Origin: Mobula hypostoma
Taxonomy: Eukaryota
Direction of reading: 5' to 3'
Assembly: GCF_963921235.1 (NCBI RefSeq)
Contig: NC_086097.1
Coordinates: 110,610,001 to 110,674,000 of the forward strand
Length of the DNA stretch: 64,000 nucleotides
Shown here one piece after another: positions 1 to 13,490 of the stretch. The position numbers and the translations under genes were made by a program. Every line of letters begins with the position of its first letter. Position 1 is the stretch's first letter. Under the pieces are notes generated by a model. That model was not told the origin of the DNA. It ran no database searches and saw only the letters and a program-made list of their open reading frames with translations.

Positions 1-329
1 AGTACAGTGCAATACGCAATTACAAAAAACTATCATTTACAATAAGAAATAAATAGGTAGTGCAAAAAGACAGCAAAAAAAGTGAGGCAGTGTACATGGA
101 TTCATTGTCCATTTAGAAATCTGATGGGATGAAGCTGTTTCTAAAAGCTTGAGTTTGTGCCTTCAGGGTTCTGTACATCCTCCTTGATGGTAACAATGAG
201 AAGAGGGCATGTCCTGAGTGATTGTTCCTTAATGATAGATACCCAATTCACCAGTGTGAGCAGGGCATGACGAGGGGATACTCAGCAAAGCGCATGGCAC
301 AACGCACAAGAACGGGGATATATGAAATT

Positions 330-950
330 AATGTTTAGGCCATATCTGTGGTTTTGCATCCAATTCTGGTCACCTGATTTTAGGAAGGAGGTGACTATCA
401 GGAACAATATGAGAAATGATTTAATAGAGGTGAAAGATTTTTAGTGTAGTACTGGAGTTATTCTCTCTGTAGCAAAGAGGAGGATATCTGAGGGAAATGT
501 TCAAGACCGGTTAATGCATGATAAATAGAGGGATGATGAACCCAACAGTAGATGGACCATTGATCAGAAAATACAGACTTATTGCAAAAGAGGAAGAAAT
601 GTGAGGAGAAAATGGATTTGTGTAGAGAATATCATGATCTACAAGGATATTCAGAAGGATGTTGCCAGGACTTAAAAAAACTCATATTATAAGGAAAGAT
701 TGAGTACGTTAGGACTTTATTCCTTGAAGCATAAGGGAATCAGGGGACATTTGATATAGGTATACAAAATTATGAGAAATGCAGATAGGGTAGGCTTTTT
801 CCACTGAAGTTGGGTGGTACTAGAGCTAGAGGTCATAGGTTAACAGTGGAGGGCTATGGTCCAAGTGCAGATCGATGGGACTAGGCAGAATAACATTTTA
901 GAATGGACTAGATGGGCTGAAGGGCCTGTTTCTGTGCTGTAGTGTACTAT
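330..950 (+). mobile_element. Degraded CR1 LINE 3' fragments
   Basis: caattctggtcacctgattttaggaagga (QFWSP.FRK) and GLYSL-type motifs. Ends in the CR1 3' motif gaagggcctgtttctgtgctgt. Confidence 0.6.
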
Positions 951-1812
951 GACACAGTTTGAATCACGACCCCTGGAAACAAAGTAATTCAGGGTTCTCA
1001 GCAGAGAGGTGGTGAAGCAAGAAGAAAAATAATTTTCTGGGCAATGAGGAAAACTAGAGGAATAGTCCAACAGTTTGCTCCATTAGGAATTATCACAGAG
1101 TGGAAGGGCCGAGTGTTTTCCTTCTGTGCTACACTCCTACTGACTTCATGATCACAATGGTGACTGCCTGATTACATATATTACTTGCACTTTATGTTAA
1201 GTGTTAATCTTCTTCACACAAAGTGTGATTAATGTATATAACAATAGTCCTCCAGCAAAAAAATGTAAAAAATGTAGAGTGGTATACCGCTTAAACTACT
1301 AGAATTACCATCCATTAGCCTAATTGTTCATCTAGACTCATGATCCTCTCATGCTATTTGAGGAAGTTCAAGCAAGTATATTTTTAAATATCATTGGAAA
1401 TAAAAGTTTCACTTTTTTACTATAAAGAAAATACAATTGTTGGTAATTGTGATCATGAAATGGACTGTCATAGAAAAGATCTGGCTACAGATCTGCCAAC
1501 TTTACCTCATTTGGTTTAAGTGATTGAACACTGCTCGTGTCCCACCAAATGCCTAGCTACCCACTCACTTCAAAAAGAAAACATTTTGCAGGCCTCGCCA
1601 GTGACATTAATAAATAAGAGAAGTGCTGAAATGGATCACATTTTTAAGAAATAATTGTTTGCTGAAGTGATCACATTGTGGAATATCTGTTGATGGGTGA
1701 ATAAAATGTAAATAAATGGCTTTCCTATTCCTCAATTACTTTGTCCACATCAGCCTTAATTAAGTTATTTATGCTTCATTTTTTAATATAATAACTTTGT
1801 GCATTAATTAAA

Positions 1813-2372
1813 TGTAACACCCTGGGAAAGGTTTCACTGCTGATGTAATAGTCTTTCTGTAGCAGCAATGATTGTGTTATGGTTAGAGACAATGGGTGCT
1901 TTGGAAGGTGAGCTGTTCAACGAGGGGAGTGATTTTTTGTGTTGTGTGCCGGACACCGAGGGGATCTGGGTCTTTTGATCAGCGGAAGATGCCAGAAAGG
2001 AGAGGTCGTAGACATCGAAAGGAGTGGACTTGGAGTGGGGCCAGGAGTCGATGAAGCCCGGGGAAATCAATGGAGGATCAGAGAAAGGGAAACCATGTGC
2101 TCCAACTTGTGCACATTAGACCGTTTCATTAAAATAGGCCCTTTTCTTTTTGTTTTACTTCACTAACCCTTTAGTCAAATTAAGAATTATAAAGCTAGTT
2201 CTTTTAATTGCATATGGTGTTCTGCCTGTTATTTCGTGGTACTGATTTGTAACGGGGGAACAGATCATATAGCATCCAAACAGGAGATTTGCACCTCAAA
2301 ATTTCACATGTTTGGTGGGGCCAGAAATTGTCTTCCCTAGACTTACGCAGCCAACAGAACCGGAGGGATACA
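1813..2372. mobile_element. Possible solo LTR
   Basis: Begins TGTAACACC and ends ...GGGATACA, about 560 bp, GC-richer than the flanks. No convincing TSD. Confidence 0.35.
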
Positions 2373-2586
2373 CAAAAAAATAACAATGGTTATAAAAATG
2401 CAAGCATTGTAATTCTATTATCAAAAGATTTCCTGTATTCTAAAAATAAAGGGTAACCCTCAGCAAAAGCATATCTAATAACCTATGCAAAGCTCAGATG
2501 ATAAGCTCTTTGGGGCAGTAATTGTTCTGACTGCTGCTCTGCTGTGTAAGTGATGCTGTGGACATCATTTGAGCCCTATCACGTAC

Positions 2587-2663
2587 CTGGACAGGAACAG
2601 CTTGCCTTGAAGTTGCAGATCGGCAGCACAGTCATCTGACATACAGTTCCTTTCAAACACAGT
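2587..2663 (-). CDS. ITGA9: Integrin alpha-9 internal exon (77 bp; TVFERNCMSDDCAADLQLQGKLFLS + 2 nt)
   Basis: Minus strand reads ctgtatcattctccag|ACTGTGTTT...CTGTCCAG|gtacgt (AG/GT). The peptide closely matches ITGA9 TVFERNCRSEDCAADLQLQGKLLLS as recalled. Its phase 0 start joins the exon at 14191-14039 in frame. Confidence 0.93.
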
Positions 2664-3343
2664 CTGGAGAATGATACAGAAATTAAAGATTAGCCAAAGC
2701 GCACACTGAGTTGCATCATTGACTGAGATGAGCGGTAATGTGAAATGGAACTGTTTAGCAGAGAAGCATCCTAAGTTGCTTTACAATGGCATTTTAGATG
2801 TTTTCAAACTGATTTCAATAAATTTCACTCCTGTAAACCAAGCAGAGTTTTTAACATGTTAATTCCAAGCCTCATTAGTTTCTAGAGCTGGTTAACATCA
2901 GGAGCAATAGATTCCTAGACCATTAGATGGAGCAGCATACTCTGGCAACACAGTGTTTAAAACTTGCTGAAGGAGCTCACAGGAAGCCAAAATGAAGGGC
3001 CACACGTGAAAACTCTGTAATTCAGCAAGTACAACGCACCAAAAGGAGGCCATGGAAAAGCTGATGCCTGGACCAATTTAAAAGGAAATTAGCTTGACCC
3101 ACCCTGAAGGTGCTTGCGGAAAAGCAAGAAGTCAAATACTAAAGCTCAGAAATTGAGAGACCTTGTAAGACTACTTTCAGGAAAGAATGCTATGTCAAAC
3201 TGTTTTAAAACATTCTCTGAGACAACATAGCACTTGCCACATTTTGACCAAAATAATTATGTAAATAATCACATTATTTTGGCATGATGTAACTAGTGAA
3301 TAATAGAAAAACAGAAAACTATCAATCAAATATGGGCCATACT

Positions 3344-3630
3344 GGGGGCCACAGTAGCATAGTGGTTAGCGCAAGGCTATTACGGCTCAAGGCATTGGAG
3401 TTCAGAGGTCAATTCTGATGCCATCCTGTAAGGAGTCCGTACGTCCTCCCTGTGAAGCGCGTAGGTTTTCTCCGGATGCCCCAGTTTTCTTCAACAATCC
3501 AAAGGCGCACCTGTTAGTAGGTTAATCTGTCATTGCAAATTGTCCTTTGATTAGTCTAGGGTTAATCGGGGGTTGCTGGGCCGCACAGCTCAAAGGGCCA
3601 GAAGGGCCTATCCGGACTGTATTTCAAAAA
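3344..3630 (+). mobile_element. tRNA-derived V-SINE (HE1-like)
   Basis: A-box-like tagcatagtggttagc, B-box-like ggttcaattc, central gtaggttttctccggatgccccagtttt core, and a CR1-like 3' end gggccagaagggcct. Confidence 0.7.
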
Positions 3631-3740
3631 CAACAATACTTCATAGTTGCTTTAGTTGTATATTCAACTGAGTTTGTTTAGTTTCTTTAATCACATAGAT
3701 AATTCTTCCTTCACTTCAAGATATGTAACCAAAGCAATCT

Positions 3741-4209
3741 TAAATTCTTAGGCATTCCCGCAAGATGGGATTGACTTGGTTCCTCCCCAGAGTTTTGTGG
3801 ATTCTGAGGTGACTGATGAGACCAAAATCAGAAGCACATACTCACAAATATCCAGAAAGGGTTCTCCACACCATGGGAAGACACAGTGACATACCTACAT
3901 GTTAACTGCTCTCCACCAGGGACAGTGAGACCCTCTGTTGATGGGGGTCAACCATGGATGTTGTGACCCAGCTGTCTATGTGATACGCAAGTCAGGGCAG
4001 TACGATATGGAGAGCAAGCTGTTGCCCACGTAGCAGGCTCCCTCCCCCTCCCCTTCCCCCAGCAATCTGTCTTCCCATGGTGTGGAGAACCCCTTCCAGA
4101 TATTTGAGAGTTTGTGGTTCCTATTGTGGCCTCATCAGTCACTCAAAATCCACAAAACCTTGGGGAGGAACCAAGTCAATCAGATCTTATGGGAATGCCA
4201 AAGAATTTA
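3741..4209. repeat. About 142-bp inverted repeat (3741-3883 / 4068-4209) within an RTE-derived repeat region
   Basis: taaattcttaggcattcccgcaagatgggattgacttggttcctcccc...ccatgggaagaca is the reverse complement, with scattered mismatches, of tgtcttcccatgg...ggggaggaaccaagtcaatcagatcttatgggaatgccaaagaattta. Confidence 0.85.
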
Positions 4210-4504
4210 TGACAGAGACCAACACAGTTTGGCAGCAGCAGCATTGCATGAGTTGCCAGTTAGCATTGAGCTCAACATAGAACTTCCTCAGGGACTCCAA
4301 CCCCAGAATTTTCCTCAGCGCATACTCCCAAAGCCTTCCCCATGAGTGGATATGGCCTCAAGGCAGCAGAAGTTTGAGATTAGAGTTTCCCTTCTCCTAG
4401 ATGAGCTGTCAACCACAGCTGATGAGCCTCATCTGCACGAAACAGGCATAACAAGAGCTAGCAAAAATAAACATAATTTTCTGAGGACAAACATTCAGAA
4501 GTCC

Positions 4505-4760
4505 AACAAAACTAAGGACTGGTGTGAAGATACCCAATAACACTGAGGACTGGTGCATAGTGACACAAAAGTGCTCAGACTGCTGTGAAGACCCTAAAAA
4601 CACTGAGGACTGTGTACAGTGGCCAACAGCACTGTGATTGGGACACTGAGACCAGCAACACTGAGGACTTGTGATGAAGCTACCAACACGGAGGATGGTA
4701 TACTGACGACTGGCGTACTGAGCCCCGACAACTCACTGATAGCCGCTGTACTGAACTTTG
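4505..4760. repeat. Degenerate minisatellite, unit about 29-31 bp (aacactgaggactggtgtgaagatacc-like)
   Basis: The core cactgaggact recurs at regular spacing; about 7-8 diverged units. Confidence 0.7.
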
Positions 4761-6385
4761 ACAGCACAGCAGGAGAGCCCATGCGAAGAGAAAGCAAAGA
4801 ATAGCTAGTGGGAAGCTTTTAAGAGTAAGATATCCAGTGTTTAGGAGAACCTGGCAACCTTGCAAACAAATAAGATAATGGTTTCAGTATTCCCAATTGT
4901 ACCACGCTGCTTTTAACTTGTAGTACACAAAGGCAGCAAAAATAATATTAAGGTACTTAGGCCGAAAGCTGAAAAAGCTGTTAGACCCATACTACGACAG
5001 TTATCCTATTCCGTACAAGGTGTATATATGATAGGAACATCTTATCAATGTTCCTCATCGAAACTTGGCCTGTGTCTACTGAAGAAGAATGAGAGGAGAT
5101 CTCATTTAACCTACAAAGTTTTTAACTGGATGCAAAGAGGATGTTTCACTTGATTGATTCTCAGAGCAGAGCCACAGTCTCAGAATGAGGGGCTGAAAGA
5201 AAAGTCAATGCACAGAGTGGTGAATCTTCAGAGATCTCCACCAAGAAAGGGTTGAGAATATTTCCTCATTCCAGTTTATTCAAAACAAAGGTGGATACTT
5301 TTCTGAATCTAAAGGATAACAAGGGACATGGGGCTCATGCTGGAAAACTGCGCAAGCTGAAAATCAGCCATGTTCTTGATGAATGGAAGAACAGATTTTA
5401 AAAACAACATCTGGTCCACTCCAGATCCTAAGTCTTATGCTCTCGATAGTGCGCCGCAGTGTTGCTTGGTTACAGCCACCAAAAGAGAGACAATGGAGTC
5501 GGTGCACTCCACCAGGGACAGTGTGGTGCGGCATCAAGGCTGCAGTCAGTGCTACCCCCCAGTGTTCGCTTGGAAGAAGACAGGTTGTATTGTGGTCGAC
5601 TGCAGATTTCTGCGGCATTCACGGATTGATGTTTCTGGACGTTTTTTTTTGGCATGGCTGTATTTTACTGATACCTTGCATGTGCTTGCTACCTTGTGTG
5701 TGCTATGTGTGTTTTGTGCTGTGTGTGTGTCTATTGGTACTACGTTTCGCATCTTGGCTCTGGAGTAACAGTTTCTTTTGGCTATATTCAAGGGTATTCT
5801 TGCATAGTTGAATGACAATTAAACTGGAATTGAATTGAGAGTAGGCGAGGCACATTTGGAAGACAGGAAAACTAGAAAACAGATTCTTTTGGATTCTGCT
5901 TAATATACGTCAACACCCTATTGCATTATTTTGCCTTTGGTTCTTAGCCACAGTCCTCCAGATTGAGTCTAGTTGGGTTCAGGTGTTTGGCGTCTGGCCA
6001 TGGCTGGTGGGGAGCTACGGCTTGAGAATGTATGAAGAGGCATGACAATTTTGCGATACCAGGGAAGAGGCGAGGGAAACCAGAAACAGATTTAACATTT
6101 CAGGTCAATAGTTACATACTTCTGAAGAAAATTCAACAATGCGAAAGGTTAACTAGGCCTTTTTTCTCCACAAATGCTGCCAGCATTTTTTGTTTTGATA
6201 CATCTTTCTGGAACTTGAAGTCTTGTGCTTTTGGATTGGGATATCTTTGATTTTAAGGTGGCATAAAAAGCTATGGCAAGCTGGGTGGATGAGACCAACA
6301 GAGAGATCCAACAGCTAGGAAAGCAGTTCTGTAATGCTTCATGGAGAGTGAAGAGCATAACAAGGCACAGAAGTAGTCATTGGTC

Positions 6386-6888
6386 ATAGAAACATAGAAA
6401 CATAGAAAATAGGTGCAGGAGTAGGCCATTCGGCCCTTCGAGCCTGCACCGCCATTTATTACGATCATGGCTGATCATCCAACTCAGAACCCCGCCCCAG
6501 CCTTCCCTCCATACCCCCTGACCCCGTAGCCACAAGGGCCATATCTAACTCCCTCTTAAACATAGCCAATGAACTGGCCTCAACAGTTTCCTGTGGCAGA
6601 GAATTCCACAGATTCACCACCCTCTGTGTGAAGAAGTTTTTCCTAATCTCGGTCCTAAAAGGCTTCCCCTCTATCCTCAAACTGTGACCCCTTGTTCTGG
6701 ACTTCCCCAACATCGGGAACAATCTTCCTGCATCTAGCCTGTCCAATCCCTTTAGGATCTTATACGTTTCAATCAGATCCCCCCTCAATCTTCTAAATTC
6801 CAATGAGTACAAGCCCAGTTCATCCAGTCTTTCTTCATATGAAAGTCCTGCCATTCCAGGAATCAATCCGGTGAACCTTCTTTGTACC
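6386..6888 (-). mobile_element. CR1 LINE 3' end (young)
   Basis: ORF 6465..7022 contains VQRRFTGLIPGMAGLSYEERLDELGLYSLEFRRLRGDLIETYKI. A (catagaaa)n tail lies at 6385-6408. Confidence 0.9.
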
Positions 6889-9604
6889 GTAACAAGGAAG
6901 ACCCCAGTTGTGATGACTATTTGTACCACTGGATCCAGACTTCCGAGGTTGAGAGAGCAGAACTGTCTCAGTGCTACGGTTTTTCCACTTCTAAAAGGTC
7001 TCCTGTGCGGGTTTCTTGTCATTCCTGAATATAATGGACAACCAACATTGAAAGCACTCAGAGAAATAATCTTTATAATTTCTCCTCAATATTGTGCCAA
7101 GTTTATGGGAAGTTCTTGTTGAATTTAATTATACTATTGATCTGTCACCTAAAGCAATAGTAGCATTCAGAATAATATTTAACTTTTATCTCGTTACCTA
7201 GCACTGATTCCAAAGTATTAAAGAGTCCAATCCTCTCTAAATTTATCTCGCTTGACATTTGTAAAGTTCACTATCTCACTTCTTATTTTCTTGCTGAAAT
7301 TATGAGATGGACACAATATTCAAACAGTTTTTAATCACCATGCTGGATTTCCAGTGTCCTAAGGGTGTAAGAGCATCTGGAGACCATATGGAAGTATTAA
7401 TTGCCTTTCAAAAATGTATTTTCCAATTTGAATTTTTTCAACAAAAGAATGGAGATAGTTGCTGAGAATAACTTCAGTGAGTGCTGAAGAAGTTTTGGAA
7501 AATTGAGAGATTAAGGAAATCAAGTGCTATTTTAGATGACCAGATCTCAGAGCTATTCACGAACTGTTTATTCTCAGAAAATAAGGCAGCTGTTTTGTAT
7601 TACAAATTTTGTCCAAGTAACACTGTTCCTAGGCAAAGAACCTTTGTTTCTTGTTTAAAGTCTGGTGAGAGCTGAATCAAAGAATTTAAATAAGAACGCT
7701 TCAAACATCAGCATATTATGGTAAAACATTGATAAACATGTCTGTACCTGATCATCTTCCACCTTTCAGCAGTCACTCATGTCACTATCCTATACTGCAG
7801 CTTAGACACCAATGTGAAATTATCTTACTTTAACCTCGAGATACAGAAGACAGTATCAAATCTCCTCCAATGTGATTTCCCAACAGATAGGAGTTATACC
7901 ACAGAAAAATGTAATAGCAATCAGGAGTGATAGAATTTCAAATAATCCCAAGAGCTTGCTGGAATTTCAGTGACACTTTGAAACCTTGAGTGAAACTTTT
8001 TTTAATGCTTTGGAAATGCAGACACATTTGCAATCTTACGAATGTCACCTTCAGTGATATTTTAAAGCCTTGAGTGGAATTTTTTAAAAAATGTTTTAAA
8101 ACGCAGACACACTTTAATCTTAGCATTATAGCTTGCTGTGGGAATGGTAGATCATACCAAAAATGTGCATTTTTAATAAGACTCTTTAACATTGTTAAAT
8201 GCCCCAAGGTGCTTCGCAGGAGTGTATCTTGGATCAAGTAACTGTGCATTCATCAGAGTTCTAAGTGTGGAATTCCAAAGTGCTGCTCACAAATTTTGGT
8301 CATTGTTTAGAAACACGCCAAACATTTTACATTGCATTCAAAGGCCTTAAATCTTTTCAACCTTTCTCAGCCAATAATGATGACGTTGCAATCAACCTCA
8401 TCAAAGATGCTGATACTTCGATCTTATACCTTAAGATTCAAGTGCTTCTTTAGTAGTTTATTCCTCTATCAGAATATCCCACATTGAGATTAATACATCA
8501 GTCAAGAATCAATAGAATAGATACATTGTCCTTAATCCTCCCTAATTCTTGTTGTACTTTCTTTCTTCCTTCATCCATTTCTGCAACAGACCCTAAGTCG
8601 TTCTGAGCACTGGTGCCAAGACCTTAAAGAAAGGGAACAGATCACAATAAAGTTGGATGGTTTGGTAACATGAGGATATTTTAGTTATAAACTGGATCAG
8701 AAAAGAGACAGAGTATGTGAACTTGAGCCAGAATGCATTAAACTACAGAAATAAATTACATGCCTTAGGTTTAGATATGCTGGTAGGTTGGTATGCATGG
8801 AGAAAACTTGTTTTCAGGTCTCCAGAGGCTTAAGGGTACTCTAATCTAACATGTAATTTACCTGAGGGGATAAGGCCATGAAACACTAAGAGATCACTGA
8901 AACTGAAAAAGAGGAATGAGGCTGAATCATGTGTTTTTTATTTATTCCACGTGGATGAGGGCCATGGCAAGGGAAGATGCAGGAAAGATGAGTTTCCGAT
9001 GTTGATGTCTAAGAAATCACTAAGACTGTGTCTTTTGACCTCATAATAAAGCAGGCTCCAGTTTCAACGGACTTACCACTATATGAAGCTCAAAGTTCAA
9101 AGTAAATGCTATCATCAAAGTACATAACTGTCACCATATACAAGCATGAGATTCACTTTCTTGTTCGCATATTCGGCAAATCTACAGAATAGTAACTATA
9201 ACAGAATCAATGAACAATCAACCAGAGCGCAGAAAACAACAAACTGTGCAAATGCAAATACAAATAAATAATGAGAATGTCAGATAATGAGATAAAGAGA
9301 CATCAAGGTGAGATCATTGGCGAACATTTGTGGTATGGGATTAAAGTCTTTGTCCCCTCCAGATATGACTATTCCAATGCATTTATTGCAGGCCATGAGT
9401 ATCCAATCCCAAACAGAAATGTTGCTGCCTTTGTCCTAATTCACAACTTGTCTTCCAATTCACATCTGCTCACTTTTCTTCCCCAAATGTAATGGCTCCT
9501 ACTCTCTTTCCTCCTCTGAAATGAGTCAGAAACCACCATCTCTGACCATGGTGTTAATCATTTTCCCTTTACATGTAAACATCAAATTTTATTCCATTAA
9601 TAAC

Positions 9605-10715
9605 CATAAGATCATAGGAGCAGAATTAGGCTTTTTGGCTCACTGAGTCTGCTCTGCCATTCCATCACGTCTGATTCTTTTCTCCCCTCCCCATAACCTT
9701 TGATGCCATGTCCAATCAAGAAACTATGAAGCTCTGCCTTAAATACACCCAATGACCTGGCCACCACAGCTGCCTGTGGTAATGTCTCCCCCACTATGGG
9801 AAACATCCTTTCCACAACTACTCTGTCTCGGCCTTTCAACATTCTAAAGGTTTCAGTGAATCCCCCCTCATCCTTATAAATTCCAGCGAGTACAGACCCA
9901 GAGCTATCAACTGTTCCTTGTATGATAATCCTTTCATTCCTGAAATCATTCTTGTGAACCTCCTCTGAACCCTCTCCAATGCCAGCATATCTTTTCTTAG
10001 ATGAGGAGCCCAAAGCTGTTCTCAATATTCAAGGTGAGGCTTCACCAATACCTTATAAAGCCTCAGCATCACATCCCAACTCTTGTATTCCAGACTTCTT
10101 GAAATGGTTAGGGGAGTTGAGAAGGTTATTGGGGTCTCCTTACCTTCTGTCCAAGACCTCTTTCGGAGTCGATGCCTCCAGAAGACACGGTACATCATTA
10201 AAGACCCCTCACACCCTCTCCATGAACTGTTTACTCTTCCGCCATCAGGCAAACATTACAGGAGCATCAAAACTAAAACCACAAGGCTACTAATAGCTTC
10301 CTCCCACAGGCAGTCAGACTGCTAAATCGCTGCTCTACCTGGCTGCTTTGGACACCTTTAACTTGCACTGGACACTTATAACTGATTTTAACTGACATGT
10401 GGCTGTTGTGTTTTACTATTTATTGTTATGTTTATTATTTAGTGTTGCGTTTGTTATGTTATGATTGCACTGCTCCTGGGAAACGCTGTCTCATTCTGCC
10501 CTGCAGAGCTGATGTACGGTTAGAATGACAATAAAGTTTTTTGAATCTTTGAATCTTGAATGCTAACATTACATTTGTCTTCCTCACCACCGGCTCTACA
10601 AACAAGTTAACCTTTAGGATGTTCTGCACAAGGACTCGCAAGTCCCTCTTGCACGTCAGGTTCCTGGATTTTCTCCCCATTTAGAAAATAGTCAGCACAT
10701 TTATTTCTCCTACCA
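9605..10715 (-). mobile_element. CR1 3' fragment interrupted by a Rex1/Babar fragment
   Basis: LRLYKVLVKPHLEY and DLRVLVQNILKV motifs lie either side of the insertion at about 10107-10560. Confidence 0.75.
10107..10560 (+). mobile_element. Rex1/Babar-type LINE 3' fragment
   Basis: EKVIGVSLPSVQDLFRSRCLQK...DPSHPLHELFTLPPSGKHYRSIKTKTTRL, followed by aataaa and a (tgaatct)n-like tail. Confidence 0.75.
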
Positions 10716-11169
10716 AAATCCAGAAATGATACTTCTGTGAAACTTTCTCAGTCATTTTTCTATGACAAGCATTCTCTATGAGCACAGGTTGCTATATTTT
10801 AAAAGCTAAGTATTTTGACTGGATGTCATGTGAGAAAAATCACACAAACACTACAATAAACAACACTTTGCTTTCACATTCAGTTCAGCAAGTCACTGTA
10901 TTTCACTAGCATTATCATCTAATTACCTACCATGAAATTAGCCATTATCCAAACATTATTATTTACAGCACTTCAGTATTCAGTACTTTTCAATCAATGT
11001 TCAGTAATTTCATCTTGCTCGAACTGTAAAGGATTGCTTTGTGACTGGTTATTAAAGTGATATGCTTATTAACCTTTCAACTTCTCAGATACCAGTACCT
11101 TACTACCTACACTTCAAACTTCAGGGCCAGGGAAGTTGTGATCACTTCAATCACTTTCAGCTTCCTAAC

Positions 11170-13490
11170 TACCCCATTTTCATTATGGGTTCTTCCCTTC
11201 TTTCTGGACAACAGACCTAACCAGTTTCCCACAAACCATCACCCTCCACACTCAACAATTTCTCTTTTGGCTCCTCCCACTTTCTCCAAACCCAAGCTGT
11301 AACCATTGGTACCTGCATAGACCCCAGACATCCATGCCTTTTCATCAGCTATGTGAAACGTTCAGTGTTCTAACTACTACTACTACGATGTCGACTCAGG
11401 CCTAGGGGGCTGGTGTCGGGCGCGATGACGGACTCTCCACTTCTCCCTCTCCCTCATCAGTGTGTTCAGTTCATCTACATTAGCCACGCCGCTGTCTTCT
11501 AGGAGCATGTTGACCATTGTCTTGGGAGGGTGCCCAGGGTTTATCCTCCCGTGCTTGGGCTCCCATATGATGAGTAGGCTGGCAGGTAGCTTGGGGTGGC
11601 GTAGTCAGTGCCCCACTAGTTGCAGTCTTCTCGCCTTGATTTTAATGGTGAGCATCGGTAGGTCATCATAGAGCTCGACATTCGTCATGTGCTGTTGCCA
11701 ACTCACATCAAGAGCCATCCGGAGCATTCGTGTATAGCAACCACCTGGAGACTTTTACATAGTCTTGGTGAGTGTCCACATCTCGCATCGATATGTGAGA
11801 AGGGACTCTATGACTGCTATGAAAATCCTCTTTTTAAGCCCTCTGGTCAGGTTCAACTTCCAGATTTCCTTCATGTCGTTCATAGCCCTCCATGCCAGCA
11901 ACTTCCATATCTTTATGTCCTTCTCCGAACTCATCATTCTTGACCCGAGGTACTTGAAGTCAAAGACTTTCTTAATGGTATCATTCTTTACGGACTTGAA
12001 AGTACCTTTGTCGCAGTTAAACGCCATGTACTCCTAATTGGTAACACTCCCCAACACTTTCTGCTCTATATTGATGATTGCACTGGTGCTGCTTCCACAA
12101 CTTTGCCTCCAACTTCCAACGTCCCCTCACTTTCTACTTGGTCCATCTTTTGACAGCTATCTCCCCTTTTCTCCATCTCTTCGTCTCCATTTCTGGAGAC
12201 AGACTATCCACTGATATATTTTATGAACCGACTCACTCTCATCTGTTATCTTGACTATATCTCTTCCCATCCTGTAATTCATAAAAGTGTTATTACCTTT
12301 TCTCAGTTCCCCCACCTCCAGCACAACTCTTCTGTGTGAGGCATTCCATTCTAAAACATCTGGATGTCCTTCATTTTCAAAGAACACAATTTCCCTTCCA
12401 CCACTATCAATGCTGCCCTCACATGCACATTCTTCATTTTATGCATGTCTGCCCTCACCCCAACCTCCTGCCACCATAACAAGGATAAAGTTTCTCTTTG
12501 CCTTTAGCTACCACCCCACACACCTCCATATCCAAAACATCATTCCCTGTAAGTTCTGCCATCTACAACGGGATCCTACCACTAAGCGCATCTTTACCTC
12601 TCCCACCTCCAATCTCCACTTTAGATAGGAATCACTCTTTACGTGTCCACTTGTCCCTCCCCACTGATCTTCCTCCTGTTTCTTATTCCTGCATGCATGG
12701 CAAGTGTTACACCTGCCCCTACACCTCTTCCTTCATCACCATTCAGGGCCCCAAACAGTTCTTCCAGGTGAGGTGACACTTCACTTGTTGGTATGTCAAG
12801 GTTATTACACCCAATACTCATGGTTAAGACTCCTCTAAATCAGTAAAACCCAATGTAGATTTGGGGACAGCTTCACCAAGCTGCAAAGCTGTAAAAGTGG
12901 GTCTTCCCAGTGGCAATTCACTTCAATTTGGCTTCCCATTCTGACATGTCAGACCATCTACTGTCATGATGAAACGAGATGCAGGTTGGAGGAACATCTG
13001 CGGATTTTCTCGTTTCCATCTGGACAGCCTTCAACAGATAGCATGAACATCGATTTCTCCACCCCTTCCCTCTTTTGTCATTCCCATTCTGGTTTCTTCC
13101 TCATCCCCTCTCTTTTCGCCTGCCCATCACTTTACACTGGTGCTCCTCCTACTTGGCTTTCTTCCATGGCGCACTGACCTCTTCTATCAGATTTTTTTCT
13201 ATGTCCTTTACCTCTTCCACCTATCACATCCCAGATTTTCAGTTCACCCCCTCCCCAATCCACCCATCTTCCTCCTTACCTAGTTTCACCTATCACCTGC
13301 CAGTCTGTACTCCTCCACCACCTTCTTAATCTGGCTTCTGCCCCCTTCCTTTCCAGTCCTGATGAAGGGTCTCAGCCCAAAATGAAGGTTGTTTATTCCC
13401 CTCTGTGGATGTTGCCTGACTTGCTGAGTTCTTCCAGCACTTTGCTTGTATTGCTCAAGATATCAAGCATCTGCAGAATTTCTTGCGTTT
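11170..13490 (+). mobile_element. Old Penelope-like element remnant (RT pieces, linker, GIY-YIG, pLTR)
   Basis: FFLDNRPNQFP, YHPTHLHIQNII...LQRDPTTKRIF and CMHGKCYTCP fragments, homologous to the element at 44584-47084. Decayed hammerhead core cctgatgaagggtctc at about 13358. Confidence 0.8.
11372..12032 (-). mobile_element. RTE-clade LINE 3' fragment inserted in a PLE remnant
   Basis: VFDFKYLGS...KKRIFIAVIESLLTYRCEMWTLTK RTE C-terminal motifs, with a (tac)n tail at 11372-11386. Confidence 0.7.

Noticed and set aside
4505..4760. CRISPR-like array
   Set aside because: Eukaryotic context, degenerate repeats, spacers similar to one another, and no cas genes.
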